From positions 16,742,001-16,806,000 of the forward strand of contig CM052832.1 in NCBI GenBank assembly GCA_028534125.1: 64,000 bases of DNA, read 5' to 3'. Source of the stretch: Lama glama. Its lineage: Eukaryota. Under the pieces are notes generated by a model. That model saw only the letters and a program-made list of their open reading frames with translations. It ran no database searches and was not told the origin of the DNA. A program made the position numbers and the translations under genes. Within the stretch, counting starts at the first letter, position 1. Every line of letters begins with the position of its first letter. Below, piece after piece: positions 63,331 through 64,000 of this stretch.

Positions 63331-64000
63331 ATATCTTTAGTTGTAATGCCTAGCTATTTTTATGAAGGTAAGAGTGTGTGGGTTCTGTAACTTATTTCCT
63401 TGCAAGCACAAATGGTGAGGGAAACTTCCTCTGTATGTGGGATGCTTCTGGGGCCTGGTCACCATATGCCACCACAGTGGGAACAAGTCACCGTCCTTTC
63501 AGGCAAAGGGCAAAGCTTCCACCTGAGGACTACCTGGCAAGTGTCCCCTTGCAGCTGCTTAACCTCTTGCTCCCAGCTTTCCCTCCACAGTTTCTTCTAC
63601 TGCTCTCTTGGCAAAGAATTTAGGATACATCGCCTTCTCAGAAGGATGCCAGTCATCTAAGTACCTCGCAGGGACCTTGTAACACTCGCATCTCTCCTGA
63701 GAGGTGCCCTCAGTAAAGCAGGGGAGATAAATGGTTGTGGATGCTGGTGGTGGCAGAATTCTTCCTCTGCCTCCCTCAGTAGCTGGACAGACTTTACCAA
63801 ACCCTTTTTCTTCTTAGTTCTTCAAACCGGGCTCTCTCAAACAAGCAAAGGACGAGTATTTGTCCCTGTGACTTGACCACAAGTCAAGGTGGCATAGCAC
63901 CTGCTTATAAAGCTGCAGACCTTCCGCTGCTGGGTCAGGTAGGCCAGAGCACCATGGTGACCCATTCACCTTGGGCCACTGGGGTGCGGTAAAATGGTAA

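Overview
Mammalian genomic DNA, most likely a camelid (many tRNA-Ala-derived SINEs of Vic-1 type). By DDR1 synteny it probably lies in the MHC class I region. The first ~12 kb hold the 5' part of DDR1 (discoidin domain receptor 1) on the minus strand. Ten coding exons are resolved to the base (5243 to 300, 1528 nt: signal peptide, DS and DS-like domains, TM, start of juxtamembrane region); the kinase exons lie left of the window. Non-coding 5' exons and three CpG-rich promoter blocks lie upstream. The remaining ~52 kb is gene-poor upstream DNA with L1, L2, CR1/L3, MIR, MaLR/ERV LTRs, hAT transposons, SINEs, a processed U1 snRNA pseudogene and four N-gaps. The most notable structure is an inverted duplication (arms ~17.8-21.1 kb and ~35.4-37.3 kb, 14.3 kb spacer). 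Its arms have near-identical cores but diverged edges, and a consensus CTCF site sits inside the potentially invertible spacer. Smaller observations: a 3-aa insertion in DDR1 next to the Asn211 sequon, a MIR4640-like hairpin, an exon-dependent overlapping uORF, and NF-kB/IRF, RFX and DR0-DR5-DR0 motifs. No new protein-coding system could be supported. Repeat family names are from recall, not from a database search.
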